This document shows positions 49,534 to 64,000 of a DNA stretch of 64,000 nt, piece by piece. The translations under genes and the position numbers were made by a program. The notes under the pieces were generated by a model. It was not told where the DNA came from, made no database searches, and worked only from the letters and a program-made list of their open reading frames with translations. How positions within the stretch are numbered: the first letter of the stretch is position 1; each line of letters starts with the position of its first letter. The stretch covers positions 1,184,001 to 1,248,000 of the forward strand of contig CBDCYI010000005.1 in assembly GCA_965224085.1 (NCBI GenBank). The letters run 5' to 3'. This DNA is from Candidatus Marinacidobacterales bacterium. Lineage in GTDB: Bacteria > Acidobacteriota > Vicinamibacteria > Marinacidobacterales > SMYC01.

Positions 49534-50159
49534 CGCGACAACCTCTCTTCCAGACTCGCGGCGGCCGCTTCAGAGAGGACGACTGTGCGTGCCTCGAGCA
49601 CGTCATAGGTGTGGACTGCTTTGGTCGAACGCACTTCGACGCTACGCATGTTGCGCGCCGACAGATAGAGCGCGTCGCTCGGATTCTGATCCACGATGAG
49701 CACCCGGCCCGGTAAAGCGCCGAGCTCCTCGAGCTTGCCCTTCAGCGTCTTCGTGCTCGGTTTTTCTAGCGCCAGCTCGTTCACGACCGTCAGTCTTTCC
49801 TCTTTCACCCGGAGCGAGAGCGCCGAGCGGAGCGCGCCGAGCTGGACTTTCGCGTTGAGCTTGAAGCTGTGGTCGCGGGGATGGGGTCCAAAAGTCGTAC
49901 CGCCTTTGCGCCAGAGCGGCGTGCGGGCCGAGCCGACACGGGCACGGCCGGTGCCTTTCTGACGCCAGGGTTTGGCGCCGCCACCGCGCACGGCGGCGCG
50001 ATTCTTCGTGGCATGGGTGCCGCGATGGCGCGCAGCGCGGTAATGTTTGACAGCCTCGTACAGGAGGTGACGATTGGGCTTGACGCCGAAGACCGCGTCA
50101 CTCAGCGCTTTGTCGGTGCGCGAACCGGCAGCCACATCCACCATGGGTACGCTAGGCAT
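49530..50159 (-). CDS. rplD: 50S ribosomal protein L4
   Basis: [15 protein letters not shown]; start set at MPSVPMVD. Confidence 0.97.
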   Translation of the reverse strand: MPSVPMVDVAAGSRTDKALSDAVFGVKPNRHLLYEAVKHYRAARHRGTHATKNRAAVRGGGAKPWRQKGTGRARVGSARTPLWRKGGTTFGPHPRDHSFKLNAKVQLGALRSALSLRVKEERLTVVNELALEKPSTKTLKGKLEELGALPGRVLIVDQNPSDALYLSARNMRSVEVRSTKAVHTYDVLEARTVVLSEAAAASLEERLSR

Positions 50160-50799
50160 CGTTTTGTCCCTTCGCCGATCGCGTTTTGATGATCTCCACA
50201 TAGGTGCCGTTGGCGCCCGGTATTGCACCTTTGACGAGCAGGAGATCTTCGTCTTCGATGACCTCGACGACTTCGAGGTTCCTGACCGTGACCCGGTTTT
50301 GGCCCATATGTCCCGGGCCGCGCATGCCGGGCATAACACGAGATGGATAAGCCGATTGGCCAATGGAGCCCGGAGCGCGATGATGCATGGAGCCGTGGGT
50401 CGCCTTGCCGCCACCAAAACCGTGGCGTTTCATGACCCCGGCAAATCCCTTGCCTTTGCTCACACCACTCACCTGCACCTGGTCGGATGCGGCAAAGACC
50501 GACACTTTGATCGACGCGCCAACCTCGGGCGCATCCCCCTCAAAAAGCGCAAATTCACGGAGCACGCGGCACGGTGCCACGCCAGCATTCTTGAAGTGCT
50601 TCTCGGTCGGCTTGTTCGCTTTGTATTTCCGCCCCGTTTCGACGAAACCGAGCTGCACCGCGTCGTAACCGTCCCGCTCTTCCGTCTTCCGCTGCACAAC
50701 AACGCAAGGCCCCGCCTTGATAACGGTGAGCGGGATAACTTTACCGTCCTCCGCAAAACGCTGCGTCATCCCAAGCTTTCTTCCGATTAGTGAGTTCAT
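50152..50799 (-). CDS. rplC: 50S ribosomal protein L3
   Basis: [29 protein letters not shown]. Confidence 0.97.
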   Translation of the reverse strand: MNSLIGRKLGMTQRFAEDGKVIPLTVIKAGPCVVVQRKTEERDGYDAVQLGFVETGRKYKANKPTEKHFKNAGVAPCRVLREFALFEGDAPEVGASIKVSVFAASDQVQVSGVSKGKGFAGVMKRHGFGGGKATHGSMHHRAPGSIGQSAYPSRVMPGMRGPGHMGQNRVTVRNLEVVEVIEDEDLLLVKGAIPGANGTYVEIIKTRSAKGQNDA

Positions 50800-50802
50800 G
50801 TG

Positions 50803-50870
50803 TTCAGCATCCGGCATTCAGTAGCCAGCACCGCATTCAGTCCAAACCCTGAATGCTGAATCCTGAATGC
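50803..50870. repeat. Heptamer-based inverted repeat cluster in the rpsJ-rplC spacer
   Basis: GCATTCAG at 50814 and 50833 faces CTGAATG-CTGAATC-CTGAATGC at 50849-50870. Confidence 0.7.
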
Positions 50871-50888
50871 AACTTCGAACTACGGTCA

Positions 50889-51224
50889 TTACTTACTGTG
50901 CTCCTTGCCGAACGCCTTGATTTCTACGTCGACGCCCGCGGGGAGATCCAGTCGCATGAGGGCGTCCACGGTTTGAGGCGTTGGCTCGAAGATGTCCAAA
51001 AGTCTCTTATGGGTACGGATCTCGAACTGCTCGCGTGACTTCTTGTCCACGTGAGGGGATCGCAACACCGTCCATTTGTTTTTGAGCGTCGGCAGCGGGA
51101 TGGGTCCGGCGATACGCGCTCCCGTCCGCTTCGCGGTCTCGACGATTTCGTGGGTGGACTGGTCGAGAATCCGATAGTCATAGGCCTTTAACCGGATTCT
51201 TATCTTTTCGCTAATCACAGCCAT
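50889..51224 (-). CDS. rpsJ: 30S ribosomal protein S10
   Basis: [23 protein letters not shown]. Confidence 0.98.
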   Translation of the reverse strand: MAVISEKIRIRLKAYDYRILDQSTHEIVETAKRTGARIAGPIPLPTLKNKWTVLRSPHVDKKSREQFEIRTHKRLLDIFEPTPQTVDALMRLDLPAGVDVEIKAFGKEHSK

Positions 51225-51244
51225 ATCTCTACTCTTTCTCGGTC

Positions 51245-52435
51245 TTACTCGATGACGTCGGTTACGGTTCCGGCGCCGACGGTGCGGCCGCCTTCGCGGA
51301 TGGCGAAGCGCAGGCCCTTCTCGATCGCGATCGGCGTGCCGAGCTCGATCGCGAGCGACGTGTTGTCCCCCGGCATCACCATCTCGACGCCATCGTTCAG
51401 CGTCGATGAGCCCGTGACATCCGTCGTACGGAAGTAGAACTGCGGACGGTAGCCGTTGAAGAACGGCGTGTGGCGCCCGCCTTCTTCTTTCGACAATACA
51501 TATACCTCCGCCTTGAATTTCGTGTGCGGCGTGATCGAGCCCGGCTTCGCCAGTACCATCCCTCGCGCGACGTCGCTACGCTCCGTGCCACGAAGAAGGA
51601 CACCCACATTGTCGCCCGCCTGACCTTCGTCCAGGAGCTTCTTGAACATCTCCACGCCCGTCACCACTTTCTTGCGCGTCTCGCTGATCCCCACGATCTC
51701 CACTTCTTCGCTGACCTTCACGATCCCGCGCTCGATCCGGCCCGTCACGACCGTCCCACGCCCTGAAATCGAGAACACATCCTCGATCGGCATCAGGAAA
51801 TCCTTCTCCACGTCGCGCTCCGGGACCGGGATGTACTCGTCGAGCGCCGCCAACAGCTCGTGGATCGGCTTCGTGTCCTCTTCCGATTCGCCCTCGAGCG
51901 CTTTCAACGCGCTGCCGCGAATGAACGGGATATCCTCGCCAGGAAACTCGTATTGCGACAGGAGCTCTTGCACTTCCAGCTCCACCAAGTCCAGAAGCTC
52001 CGGATCGTCCACCATGTCCACTTTGTTCAGGAAAACTACGATGTACGGTACGCCCACCTGACGCGCCAACAATATGTGCTCACGCGTCTGCGGCATCGGA
52101 CCATCCGCCGCAGATACAACTACAATCGCGCCATCCATCTGCGCTGCTCCCGTGATCATGTTCTTCACGTAATCCGCGTGACCAGGACAGTCCACGTGCG
52201 CATAGTGACGGTTCTCCGTCGAGTACTCCACATGAGCCGTCGCGATCGTGATGCCGCGCTCTCTTTCTTCCGGTGCGTTGTCGATCGAATCGAAGCTCCG
52301 GAAAGCTGTGTCCTTCGCTCCTTTTGCCAAAACCTTCGTGATGGCAGCCGTCAACGTCGTCTTTCCGTGGTCCACGTGACCAATCGTCCCAACGTTCAAA
52401 TGCGGCTTACTTCGATCGAATTTTTCTTTCGACAT
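51245..52435 (-). CDS. tuf: Elongation factor Tu
   Basis: [26 protein letters not shown]. Confidence 0.99.
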   Translation of the reverse strand: MSKEKFDRSKPHLNVGTIGHVDHGKTTLTAAITKVLAKGAKDTAFRSFDSIDNAPEERERGITIATAHVEYSTENRHYAHVDCPGHADYVKNMITGAAQMDGAIVVVSAADGPMPQTREHILLARQVGVPYIVVFLNKVDMVDDPELLDLVELEVQELLSQYEFPGEDIPFIRGSALKALEGESEEDTKPIHELLAALDEYIPVPERDVEKDFLMPIEDVFSISGRGTVVTGRIERGIVKVSEEVEIVGISETRKKVVTGVEMFKKLLDEGQAGDNVGVLLRGTERSDVARGMVLAKPGSITPHTKFKAEVYVLSKEEGGRHTPFFNGYRPQFYFRTTDVTGSSTLNDGVEMVMPGDNTSLAIELGTPIAIEKGLRFAIREGGRTVGAGTVTDVIE

Positions 52436-52455
52436 GACGAATCAGTGCTCCTTCG

Positions 52456-54534
52456 TTAACGGCCCGTAACTTTGGCGACGACTTCTTCGCCGACGCTCTT
52501 GGGCGCTTCTTCGTATTGATGAAAATGCATTGTAAACGTTGCCCGTCCTTGTGTAGCCGAGCGAAGATCGGTGGCGTAGCCAAACATCTCCCCGAGCGGC
52601 ACGAGTGCGCCGATAACTTGTACGTTTCCGCGCGGGTTCATTCCCTGGATGCGGCCGCGGCGCGAATTGAGGTCAGCGATTACCTCGCCCACGTAGTCTT
52701 CCGGCACAACCACTTCGACGGACATGGTGGGTTCCAAGAGCACCGGGTCCGCTTTCTTGACGGCGGTCTTGAAGGCCATCGAGCCGGCAATCTTGAACGC
52801 CATTTCCGAGCTGTCGACGGTGTGGAACGAGCCGTCGTAAAGTGAAACCTTGACATCCACCATGGGATAGCCGGCCAGAGCCCCTTGCTCGGTCGCCTCC
52901 TTGATTCCGGCTTCAGTCGGCTTGATGAACTCTTTGGGAATCGCACCGCGGACGACCTTGTTGACGAAGTCGAAGCCACCGCCAAGGTTGGGCTCGATCT
53001 CGATCTGAACGTGACCGTACTGACCGCGGCCACCCGTTTGGCGCACGTAGCGGCCTTCGGCCTTCGAAGCCCGCCGGATAGTTTCTTTGTAGGCGACTTG
53101 AGGTTTTCCGACGTTCGCGGCCACACTGAACTCGCGCAGCAGACGATCGACGATGATCTCGAGATGAAGCTCACCCATGCCGCTGATAATCGTTTGTCCC
53201 GTATCAGTGTCCGTCGAGACTTTGAATGTTGGGTCTTCTCGGGTGAGCTTCGCTAGCGCCACACCGAGTTTTTCCTGATCGGCCTTGGTCTTGGGCTCGA
53301 TGACGACGGCGATGACCGGTTCGGGAAATTGCATCGACTCGAGAATCACCGGCGCGTTCTTGTCCGCGATCGTGTCGCCCGTCTGTACGTTCCGGAGTCC
53401 GACGGCGGCGGCGATGTCACCGGCATAAACCGCTTTGATGTCCTCCCGCTTGTTCGCGTGCATCTTGAGGAGCCGGCCGATGCGGTACGTTTTGCCGCGT
53501 GCCGCGTTCAACACTTGCGAGCCCGATTCGAGAACGCCTGAATAGACACGAAAGAAAGCGAGCTGACCGACATAGGAGTCGGTCATGATCTTGAAAATCA
53601 AAGCAGAAAACGGCGCGTCATCTGATGACGGACGCTCCACGGTAGAGCCGTCTTTCGGCGAGCTCCCGACCATGGCGCGGACGTCGGTCGGCGACGGGAG
53701 AAACGCGACCACTGCGTCGAGGAGAGGCTGAACGCCCTTGTTCTTGAAGGCGGCGCCGGCCAAGACCGGAACGATCCGCAATGCGATGGTCGCCTTGCGG
53801 ATTGCCGCGACGAGCTCGTCCTCGGCGAGCGGTTCGCCATCGAGATATTGTTCCATGAGGCGATCGTCGACTTCGGAAGCCGCCTCGATCAACCTTTCGC
53901 GGGCGTTGTGCACGTCCGCGGCGAGTTCGGCCGGGACCTCCGCTTCTTCGAACTCGGCGCCAAGAGTTTCATCTTTGTACAAGAGCGCCTTTTGCCGGAC
54001 GAGGTCGACGACACCGAGAAAGTTCTCTTCCGAACCGATCGGAAGCTGAACCGGCACAGGATTGGCGCCGAGGCGCTCGCGAATCATGCCGACCGCATGG
54101 AGAAAATCCGCGCCCGAGCGGTCCATCTTGTTCACGAAAGCGATACGAGGCACGCCGTATTTATCAGCTTGGCGCCAAACCGTCTCTGACTGCGGCTCGA
54201 CGCCTCCCACGGCGCAGAACACGGCTACCGCGCCATCCAGGACACGGAGCGAGCGCTCGACCTCCGCGGTGAAATCCACGTGGCCGGGCGTATCAATAAT
54301 ATTGATGCGGTACTCCTGCCAGAAACAGGTCGTTGCGGCGGAAGTGATGGTGATGCCCCGCTCCTGCTCCTGCTCCATCCAGTCCATAGTCGCAGTACCT
54401 TCGTGCACTTCACCCAGCTTGTAGGTGATGCCGGTGTAATAGAGAATGCGCTCGGTCGTCGTCGTCTTACCGGCATCGATATGCGCCATGATGCCGATAT
54501 TGCGCGTCTTCTCTAGTGGTACTTGTCGAGGCAT
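52456..54534 (-). CDS. fusA: Elongation factor G
   Basis: [31 protein letters not shown]; in the str operon. Confidence 0.99.
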   Translation of the reverse strand: MPRQVPLEKTRNIGIMAHIDAGKTTTTERILYYTGITYKLGEVHEGTATMDWMEQEQERGITITSAATTCFWQEYRINIIDTPGHVDFTAEVERSLRVLDGAVAVFCAVGGVEPQSETVWRQADKYGVPRIAFVNKMDRSGADFLHAVGMIRERLGANPVPVQLPIGSEENFLGVVDLVRQKALLYKDETLGAEFEEAEVPAELAADVHNARERLIEAASEVDDRLMEQYLDGEPLAEDELVAAIRKATIALRIVPVLAGAAFKNKGVQPLLDAVVAFLPSPTDVRAMVGSSPKDGSTVERPSSDDAPFSALIFKIMTDSYVGQLAFFRVYSGVLESGSQVLNAARGKTYRIGRLLKMHANKREDIKAVYAGDIAAAVGLRNVQTGDTIADKNAPVILESMQFPEPVIAVVIEPKTKADQEKLGVALAKLTREDPTFKVSTDTDTGQTIISGMGELHLEIIVDRLLREFSVAANVGKPQVAYKETIRRASKAEGRYVRQTGGRGQYGHVQIEIEPNLGGGFDFVNKVVRGAIPKEFIKPTEAGIKEATEQGALAGYPMVDVKVSLYDGSFHTVDSSEMAFKIAGSMAFKTAVKKADPVLLEPTMSVEVVVPEDYVGEVIADLNSRRGRIQGMNPRGNVQVIGALVPLGEMFGYATDLRSATQGRATFTMHFHQYEEAPKSVGEEVVAKVTGR

Positions 54535-54706
54535 TGGTTTTTATGCAAATCCGGACACACCCGGAAATACGCGCTTTCGTACTCTTCTTCTCGATCGTTT
54601 TCCGTCTCTCGCCGAGGGCTAGCGCCCTCGATACAATAGCTATCCGCTCATGCCTACCAGGCTGACAAGGTGCGGATGCTTGGCTGGAAGCTTAGGAGGA
54701 ACCGTT

Positions 54707-55177
54707 TTACCAGCGGTAGTGCGCGAAAGCTTTGTTGGCTTCCGCCATACGGTGTGTATCCTCCCGCCTCTTGACCGCCCCACCTCGATTGGACGACGCG
54801 TCGAGTAGCTCGCCAGCGAGCTTGTCGACCATCGTCTTCTCCGGACGGGAGCGGGCGAAGTTCACGAGCCAACGAAGCGAGAGAGACGTCCTTCGCTCCG
54901 GGCGCACTTCGATAGGTACTTGGTAGTTACTGCCTCCGACGCGGCGGCTCTTTACCTCGAGAGTAGGCTTGACATTGTCTATGGCTTTCTTGAAAACCTT
55001 CAAAGGATCTTCAGAGGTGCGCTCTTCGATTTTCTTGAGAGCGCCATAGACGATCCTCTCGGCCGTGGACTTTTTGCCTTCTTTCATCACGACACTGATG
55101 AAGTTCGAGACCAGTCCGCTGTTGTAAATCGGGTCTGGCTGAGGCGTGCGCTTCGGCACGTCGCGTCGTCTGGGCAT
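54707..55177 (-). CDS. rpsG: 30S ribosomal protein S7
   Basis: [25 protein letters not shown]. Confidence 0.98.
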   Translation of the reverse strand: MPRRRDVPKRTPQPDPIYNSGLVSNFISVVMKEGKKSTAERIVYGALKKIEERTSEDPLKVFKKAIDNVKPTLEVKSRRVGGSNYQVPIEVRPERRTSLSLRWLVNFARSRPEKTMVDKLAGELLDASSNRGGAVKRREDTHRMAEANKAFAHYRW

Positions 55178-55195
55178 CGTTTTTTCGCTTTGGCT

Positions 55196-55570
55196 TTACG
55201 CCTTTGGCCGCTTGGTTCCGTACTTGGAACGGCCGTTCTTGCGTCCTTCGACGCCGACGGCGTCGAGAGACCCGCGCACCACGTGATAACGTACGCCCGG
55301 CAAATCCTTCACTCGGCCTCCCCGGACAAGGACGATCGAGTGCTCTTGAAGGTTGTGGCCGACGCCCGGGATATAGGTCGTCACCTCGATGCCGTTGGTG
55401 AGCCGGACACGGGCAACTTTTCTAAGCGCGGAGTTCGGCTTCTTCGGAGTGGAGATGAATACCCGGATACAAACACCGCGCTTCTGCGGGCACGCCGACA
55501 GAGCAGGACTGTCCGTCTTGGACACGGCCCGTTTCCGTCCCTTCCGAACCAGCTGACTAAAAGTCGGCAA
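55196..55570 (-). CDS. rpsL: 30S ribosomal protein S12
   Basis: [20 protein letters not shown]; TTG start. Confidence 0.98.
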   Translation of the reverse strand: MPTFSQLVRKGRKRAVSKTDSPALSACPQKRGVCIRVFISTPKKPNSALRKVARVRLTNGIEVTTYIPGVGHNLQEHSIVLVRGGRVKDLPGVRYHVVRGSLDAVGVEGRKNGRSKYGTKRPKA

Positions 55571-55655
55571 CGCCTTCGTCTTCCCTTCTAAGGTCTTCGT
55601 TCCTGAAAAAGAAATCCTGAACCCTAAGCCAGCCGGAGTTCAGGACAACCTGCCG

Positions 55656-55684
55656 AGTTTAGCAAAATGGGTGCCACGGGTCAA
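55656..55684 (-). promoter_or_regulatory. Sigma-70-type promoter of the str operon
   Basis: TTGACC-N17-TAAACT with extended -10 TG, about 85 nt upstream of rpsL. Confidence 0.75.
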
Positions 55685-55771
55685 GCTTGTCAGCGACGCT
55701 ATCCGCTATGTGCTGCGCATCTTGCTTCCGGTGTTGTTCGGTCCTTTCACTGTCTTCGACGAGTCTATTAG

Positions 55772-55960
55772 CCCTAATCGCAAAATCTTCGAAGCACGAA
55801 AACGCGAAACAGCCGCACTGGGCGCAGGCGAGAAGCTCATGCTGGGGCACCCGCTCGCCGCCACGATAGGTGATTCTGCACGGTGTATGCAGAACCTGGA
55901 AAAGGTGCTATTCACGGGGCCAAAGACCTCAGACACGGTGACGTTTATTTGCGATTAGGG
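55772..55960. mobile_element. 189-bp MITE with 13-bp perfect terminal IRs and TTAG target duplication
   Basis: TTAG|CCCTAATCGCAAA ... TTTGCGATTAGGG|TTAG; internal hairpin TTCTGCA-n7-TGCAGAA. Confidence 0.82.
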
Positions 55961-60148
<4,188 letters not shown>

Positions 60149-60201
60149 ATTCTTCCTCCCAGTGTGTTAGGAGCAGAAAAAAGGGAAACAGACAATCTCG
60201 A

Positions 60202-63200
60202 TCAGTCTTTCGTCTTCAGTAGCTCGACGTCCAAGCACAAGCTCTGAAGCTCGCGGATGAGCACGTTGAACGATTCAGGAAGGCCTGGCGCGAAGGACGT
60301 GTCGCCCTTCACGATGGCTTCGTAAATTTTCGCGCGCCCGTAGACATCGTCCGACTTGGCGGTCAAAAGCTCCCGGAGCGTATGGGCTGCGCCATACGCT
60401 TCGAGCGCCCAGACTTCCATCTCTCCGAACCGCTGACCACCGAACTGCGCTTTACCACCCAGAGGCTGCTGGGTAATCAAGCTGTAAGGCCCGATGCTGC
60501 GAGCATGCATCTTGTCGTCCACGAGATGCGAGAGCTTTAGCATATAGATGTAGCCCACGGTCACCGGCTGCTCGAATCGTTCCCCGGTCATGCCATCGTG
60601 GAGTTTCGTCTTGCCACCCTCCAGCACGTTGGCCTCGAGCGCGCCTTCGTTGTTCAGCTTCTCGTTGGACTCCTCCAGAAGCTGTCGGATCTGCGGCTCC
60701 GAAGCGCCGTCGAAGACGGGCGTCGCAAAATGCAAGCCAAGCGTCTTGCCGGCCCAACCGAGATGGGTCTCGAGGATCTGCCCGACGTTCATCCGCGACG
60801 GCACGCCGAGCGGATTGAGGATGATCTCGACCGGGCGACCATCGGGAAGATAGGGCATGTCTTCTTCGGGAACGATCTTGGCGATGACGCCCTTGTTGCC
60901 GTGGCGGCCAGCCATCTTATCCCCGACCGAGAGCTTGCGCTTCATCGCGACGTAGACCTTGACCATCTTGATGACGCCTGGAGGAAGCTCGTCACCTTTC
61001 TGGATACGGGTCATCCGCTCTTCGAAAAGAGCTTTCAAGACCTCGATCTGACGCTCGGTCTTATCCTCGATCTCCTGGATTTCGTCGAGGACCTCGGCGC
61101 TCACATCGGTCTCGAGAAGGCCGAGATAGGCGGACCGGAGCTGGCGCAACATGTCCTTGGTGAGCTTGGCTTTTTTCGTGAGGATCTTTTCACCGGTCCG
61201 CGGATTGACGAGATCCTCCTCGAGCGTGCTTCCCGCGAGCCTGTCGATGACCCGCTTGTTGCGCTCTTCCTTCAAGATGCGGATCTCATCGTTCAAGTTC
61301 TTCTCGAGCATAGCCAAATCTTCGTTCTCGATGGCCTTGGCGCGCTCGTCCTTCTCGACGCCCTTGCGGGAGAAGATCTTAACGTCCACGACGATGCCTT
61401 CGATACCCGGAGGGCACGTCAGCGAAGCGTCGCGCACATCACCGGCTTTCTCACCGAAGATGGCGCGTAGCAGTTTTTCCTCGGGCGTGAGCTGGGTCTC
61501 GCCTTTCGGTGTGACCTTGCCGACGAGGATATCGCCAGGCTTCACGTAAGCGCCGATGCGGATGATGCCGGACTCGTCGAGATTTGCGAGGAAGTTCTCA
61601 GAGACGTTCGGAATGTCCCTCGTGATCTCCTCGGGGCCAAGCTTCGTGTCGCGCGACTCCGTGTCGAACTCCTCGATGTGGATCGAAGTGTAGGCGTCTT
61701 CCTTGACGAGCTGCTCCGAGACGAGGATGGCGTCCTCGAAGTTGTAGCCGCGCCACGGCATGAACGCTACCAGGATGTTTCTCCCCAGCGCGAGCTCGCC
61801 CTTATGGGTGCACGGCCCGTCGCCGATGATCTGGCCTTTCTCGATACGGTCGCCGACCCTCACGATGGGGCGCTGGTTCATGCAGGTGTTCTGGTTCGAA
61901 CGCTTGAACTTCGTGAGGTTGTAGATGTCCGCTCCGATCTCCTTGGCGCGCTTGCCCGAACCTTCCTCGATGCGCACAATGACGCGCCGGGAGTCGACCG
62001 AATCAACGACGCCGCTGCGTCGGCAGACGACGACCGCGCCGCTGTCGCGCGCCGTCGCGTGCTCCATGCCGGTACCCACAATCGGTGCGTCGGCGCGCAG
62101 CAGAGGCACGGCCTGACGCTGCATGTTCGAGCCCATGAGCGCCCGGTTGGCGTCGTCGTTCTCGAGAAACGGGATCAGCGAGGCCGCGACAGACACGAGC
62201 TGCTTTGGCGAAACATCCATATAGTCGACCTGATCCCTGGGCGCGAGGATGAAGTTCCCCGCTTGACGGCAGTTGACGCGGTCCGCGGTCAGGTTCCCTT
62301 GCTCGTCGAGCTTCGCGTTCGCCTGAGCGATGATCTGCTGGTCTTCCTCCCACGCAGAAAGATAGAACGCGTAAGGCCCGGCTTCAGGAACTCTTCCACC
62401 GTCGCGGCGTATCTTGTTCGCCTTGCGCTCGAAAGTACCGAGCTGAACGATCTCAGCGATGCTGAAATCGGCGTCACCCATCGAAGTGACTTGCACGTGG
62501 TCGATCACGCGGCCGTCGACGACTTTCTTGTAGGGGCTCTCGATGAAGCCGTACTCGTTGATGCGCGCGTAGCAGGAGAGCGAGCTGATGAGCCCGATAT
62601 TCGGACCCTCGGGCGTCTCGATGGGGCAGATGCGTCCATAGTGCGTCGGGTGCACGTCGCGCACTTCGAAGCCGGCGCGCTCACGCGAGAGACCGCCAGG
62701 CCCGAGCGCCGACAGACGCCTCTTATGCGTGACTTCCGAGAGCGGATTCGTCTGGTCCATGAACTGCGAGAGCTGCGAGGAGCCGAAGAACTCGCGGACC
62801 GCCGCCATCACGGGCTTGGCGTTGATCAGATCGTGCGGCATCGCGGTCGCCATCTCCTGATAGACGCTCATCTTTTCTTTGATGGCGCGCTCCATCCGGA
62901 CGAGGCCGACGCGGAACTGGTTCTCGAGCAGCTCGCCCACTGAGCGGACGCGCCGGTTCCCGAGATGATCGATATCGTCCACCGTGCCGACATTGCGCGG
63001 CAGGCGGAGGAGGTAGCGGATTACGGCGAAGAAATCGCGCGACTCGAGCAAACGCTGTTCGAGGCCGCCTTCACCTTCTTCGAGGCTGAGCTTCGTGTTG
63101 AGCTTGAGCCGGCCTACGCGCGAGAAATCGTATTTCTGCGAGTTGAAGAACATGCCTTGGAACAAGTGCCGCGAGCTGTCGAGCGTCGGCGGGTCACCGG

Positions 63201-64000
63201 GCCGCAAGCGGCGATAGATCTCGATGAGTGCCTCCTCCGAGCTTCGGACTGTGTCTTTCTTCGCGGTAAGAGACATGATGGTGCCCACATCCTCGATCTC
63301 CGGGTAGAAGACCTCGAGCTGGTCGATGTTGTTCTCGACGAGCATCGCAAGAATGTCGGGAGGCAAAGCATCGTTGCAGTCGACGAGCACCTCACCCGTT
63401 TCGGTGTTGACCACATCGGCGACGGAGGAGGCGCCGTCGAGATCGCCGGCCGTCAGCTCGACTTGGGTGATGCCCGCTTTTTCGATCTTGTCGAAGGCGA
63501 GCTTCGTGATGCGCTTGCCCGCGGCAACCACAATATCTTTTCTGTTCGGTGCGTTGATGTCGTGGCTGAGGCGGCGGCCCATTAGCTCCTTGGTCACTGG
63601 TAGATAGAGCTTGCCGTCGCGCAGCGCCAAAGTGTCGACGCGGTGGAACTCGCGCAAGATATCTTCGTCGCTCTTCAGTCCGAGCGCGCGCAAAAAGACC
63701 GTCGCGAGGAATTTCCGCTTCCGGTCGATGCGCACATAGAGAAGATTCTTCTGATCGAACTCGAACTCGACCCATGATCCGCGATACGGGATGATTTGAG
63801 CCAGATAGGAGCTCTTGTCGACTTCGTGGAAGAAGACGCCGGGCGAGCGATGTAGCTGCGAGACGATGACACGCTCCGTCCCGTTGATGATGAACGTTCC
63901 GTTATCGGTCATCAATGGGATATCGCCGAAATAGACTTCTTGCTCCTTGATGTCGCGGATGGAGCGTACGTTGGTCTCGGGGTCTTTGTCGTAAACCGTG
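60202..64000 (-). CDS. rpoB: RNA polymerase beta subunit (5' end outside the window)
   Basis: [37 protein letters not shown]. Confidence 0.99.
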   Translation of the reverse strand, partial: TVYDKDPETNVRSIRDIKEQEVYFGDIPLMTDNGTFIINGTERVIVSQLHRSPGVFFHEVDKSSYLAQIIPYRGSWVEFEFDQKNLLYVRIDRKRKFLATVFLRALGLKSDEDILREFHRVDTLALRDGKLYLPVTKELMGRRLSHDINAPNRKDIVVAAGKRITKLAFDKIEKAGITQVELTAGDLDGASSVADVVNTETGEVLVDCNDALPPDILAMLVENNIDQLEVFYPEIEDVGTIMSLTAKKDTVRSSEEALIEIYRRLRPGDPPTLDSSRHLFQGMFFNSQKYDFSRVGRLKLNTKLSLEEGEGGLEQRLLESRDFFAVIRYLLRLPRNVGTVDDIDHLGNRRVRSVGELLENQFRVGLVRMERAIKEKMSVYQEMATAMPHDLINAKPVMAAVREFFGSSQLSQFMDQTNPLSEVTHKRRLSALGPGGLSRERAGFEVRDVHPTHYGRICPIETPEGPNIGLISSLSCYARINEYGFIESPYKKVVDGRVIDHVQVTSMGDADFSIAEIVQLGTFERKANKIRRDGGRVPEAGPYAFYLSAWEEDQQIIAQANAKLDEQGNLTADRVNCRQAGNFILAPRDQVDYMDVSPKQLVSVAASLIPFLENDDANRALMGSNMQRQAVPLLRADAPIVGTGMEHATARDSGAVVVCRRSGVVDSVDSRRVIVRIEEGSGKRAKEIGADIYNLTKFKRSNQNTCMNQRPIVRVGDRIEKGQIIGDGPCTHKGELALGRNILVAFMPWRGYNFEDAILVSEQLVKEDAYTSIHIEEFDTESRDTKLGPEEITRDIPNVSENFLANLDESGIIRIGAYVKPGDILVGKVTPKGETQLTPEEKLLRAIFGEKAGDVRDASLTCPPGIEGIVVDVKIFSRKGVEKDERAKAIENEDLAMLEKNLNDEIRILKEERNKRVIDRLAGSTLEEDLVNPRTGEKILTKKAKLTKDMLRQLRSAYLGLLETDVSAEVLDEIQEIEDKTERQIEVLKALFEERMTRIQKGDELPPGVIKMVKVYVAMKRKLSVGDKMAGRHGNKGVIAKIVPEEDMPYLPDGRPVEIILNPLGVPSRMNVGQILETHLGWAGKTLGLHFATPVFDGASEPQIRQLLEESNEKLNNEGALEANVLEGGKTKLHDGMTGERFEQPVTVGYIYMLKLSHLVDDKMHARSIGPYSLITQQPLGGKAQFGGQRFGEMEVWALEAYGAAHTLRELLTAKSDDVYGRAKIYEAIVKGDTSFAPGLPESFNVLIRELQSLCLDVELLKTKD

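Noticed and set aside
55659-55958. Small ORFs between rpoC and rpsL (95, 76, 63 and 60 aa)
   Set aside because: They overlap the str promoter and the IR-bounded MITE and have no recognisable protein features.

Overview
High-GC bacterial window. The gene content (ADOP-type ABC permeases, CRTAC1/FG-GAP proteins, DUF5916 proteins, 'QSLGELAKKEKERR' secreted protein) suggests Acidobacteriota, possibly Vicinamibacteria; this is an inference. From 33.5 to 64 kb lies an intact core block: a convergent EF-G2 gene and, on the minus strand, rpoB-rpoC plus the complete str/S10/spc/alpha ribosomal protein cluster. From 1 to 24 kb lies a heavily eroded accessory region with about ten deletion/fusion junctions, several frameshifts, an in-place micro-inversion and a templated 19-bp insertion. 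It also holds two IS903-like IS5 copies, an IS1-like remnant, a decayed VapBC pair, tRNA-Val(TAC) and a cluster of DUF5916, CRTAC1, TPR and sulfatase-like envelope genes. From 24 to 33 kb are a Ser/Thr kinase-WD40 gene, two metabolic genes, an intact ISNCY-like IS and a pilMNO-like triplet. Three unannotated miniature mobile elements were found by eye: a palindrome-rich IS200/IS605-like element (2412-2524), a 168-bp MITE sharing termini and a GCTAGC target with the ISNCY-like IS (22392-22559), and a 189-bp MITE at the rpoC stop codon (55772-55960). No CRISPR array, rRNA or prophage was seen. No single clearly novel system can be proven from the sequence alone; the best candidates are listed as findings.
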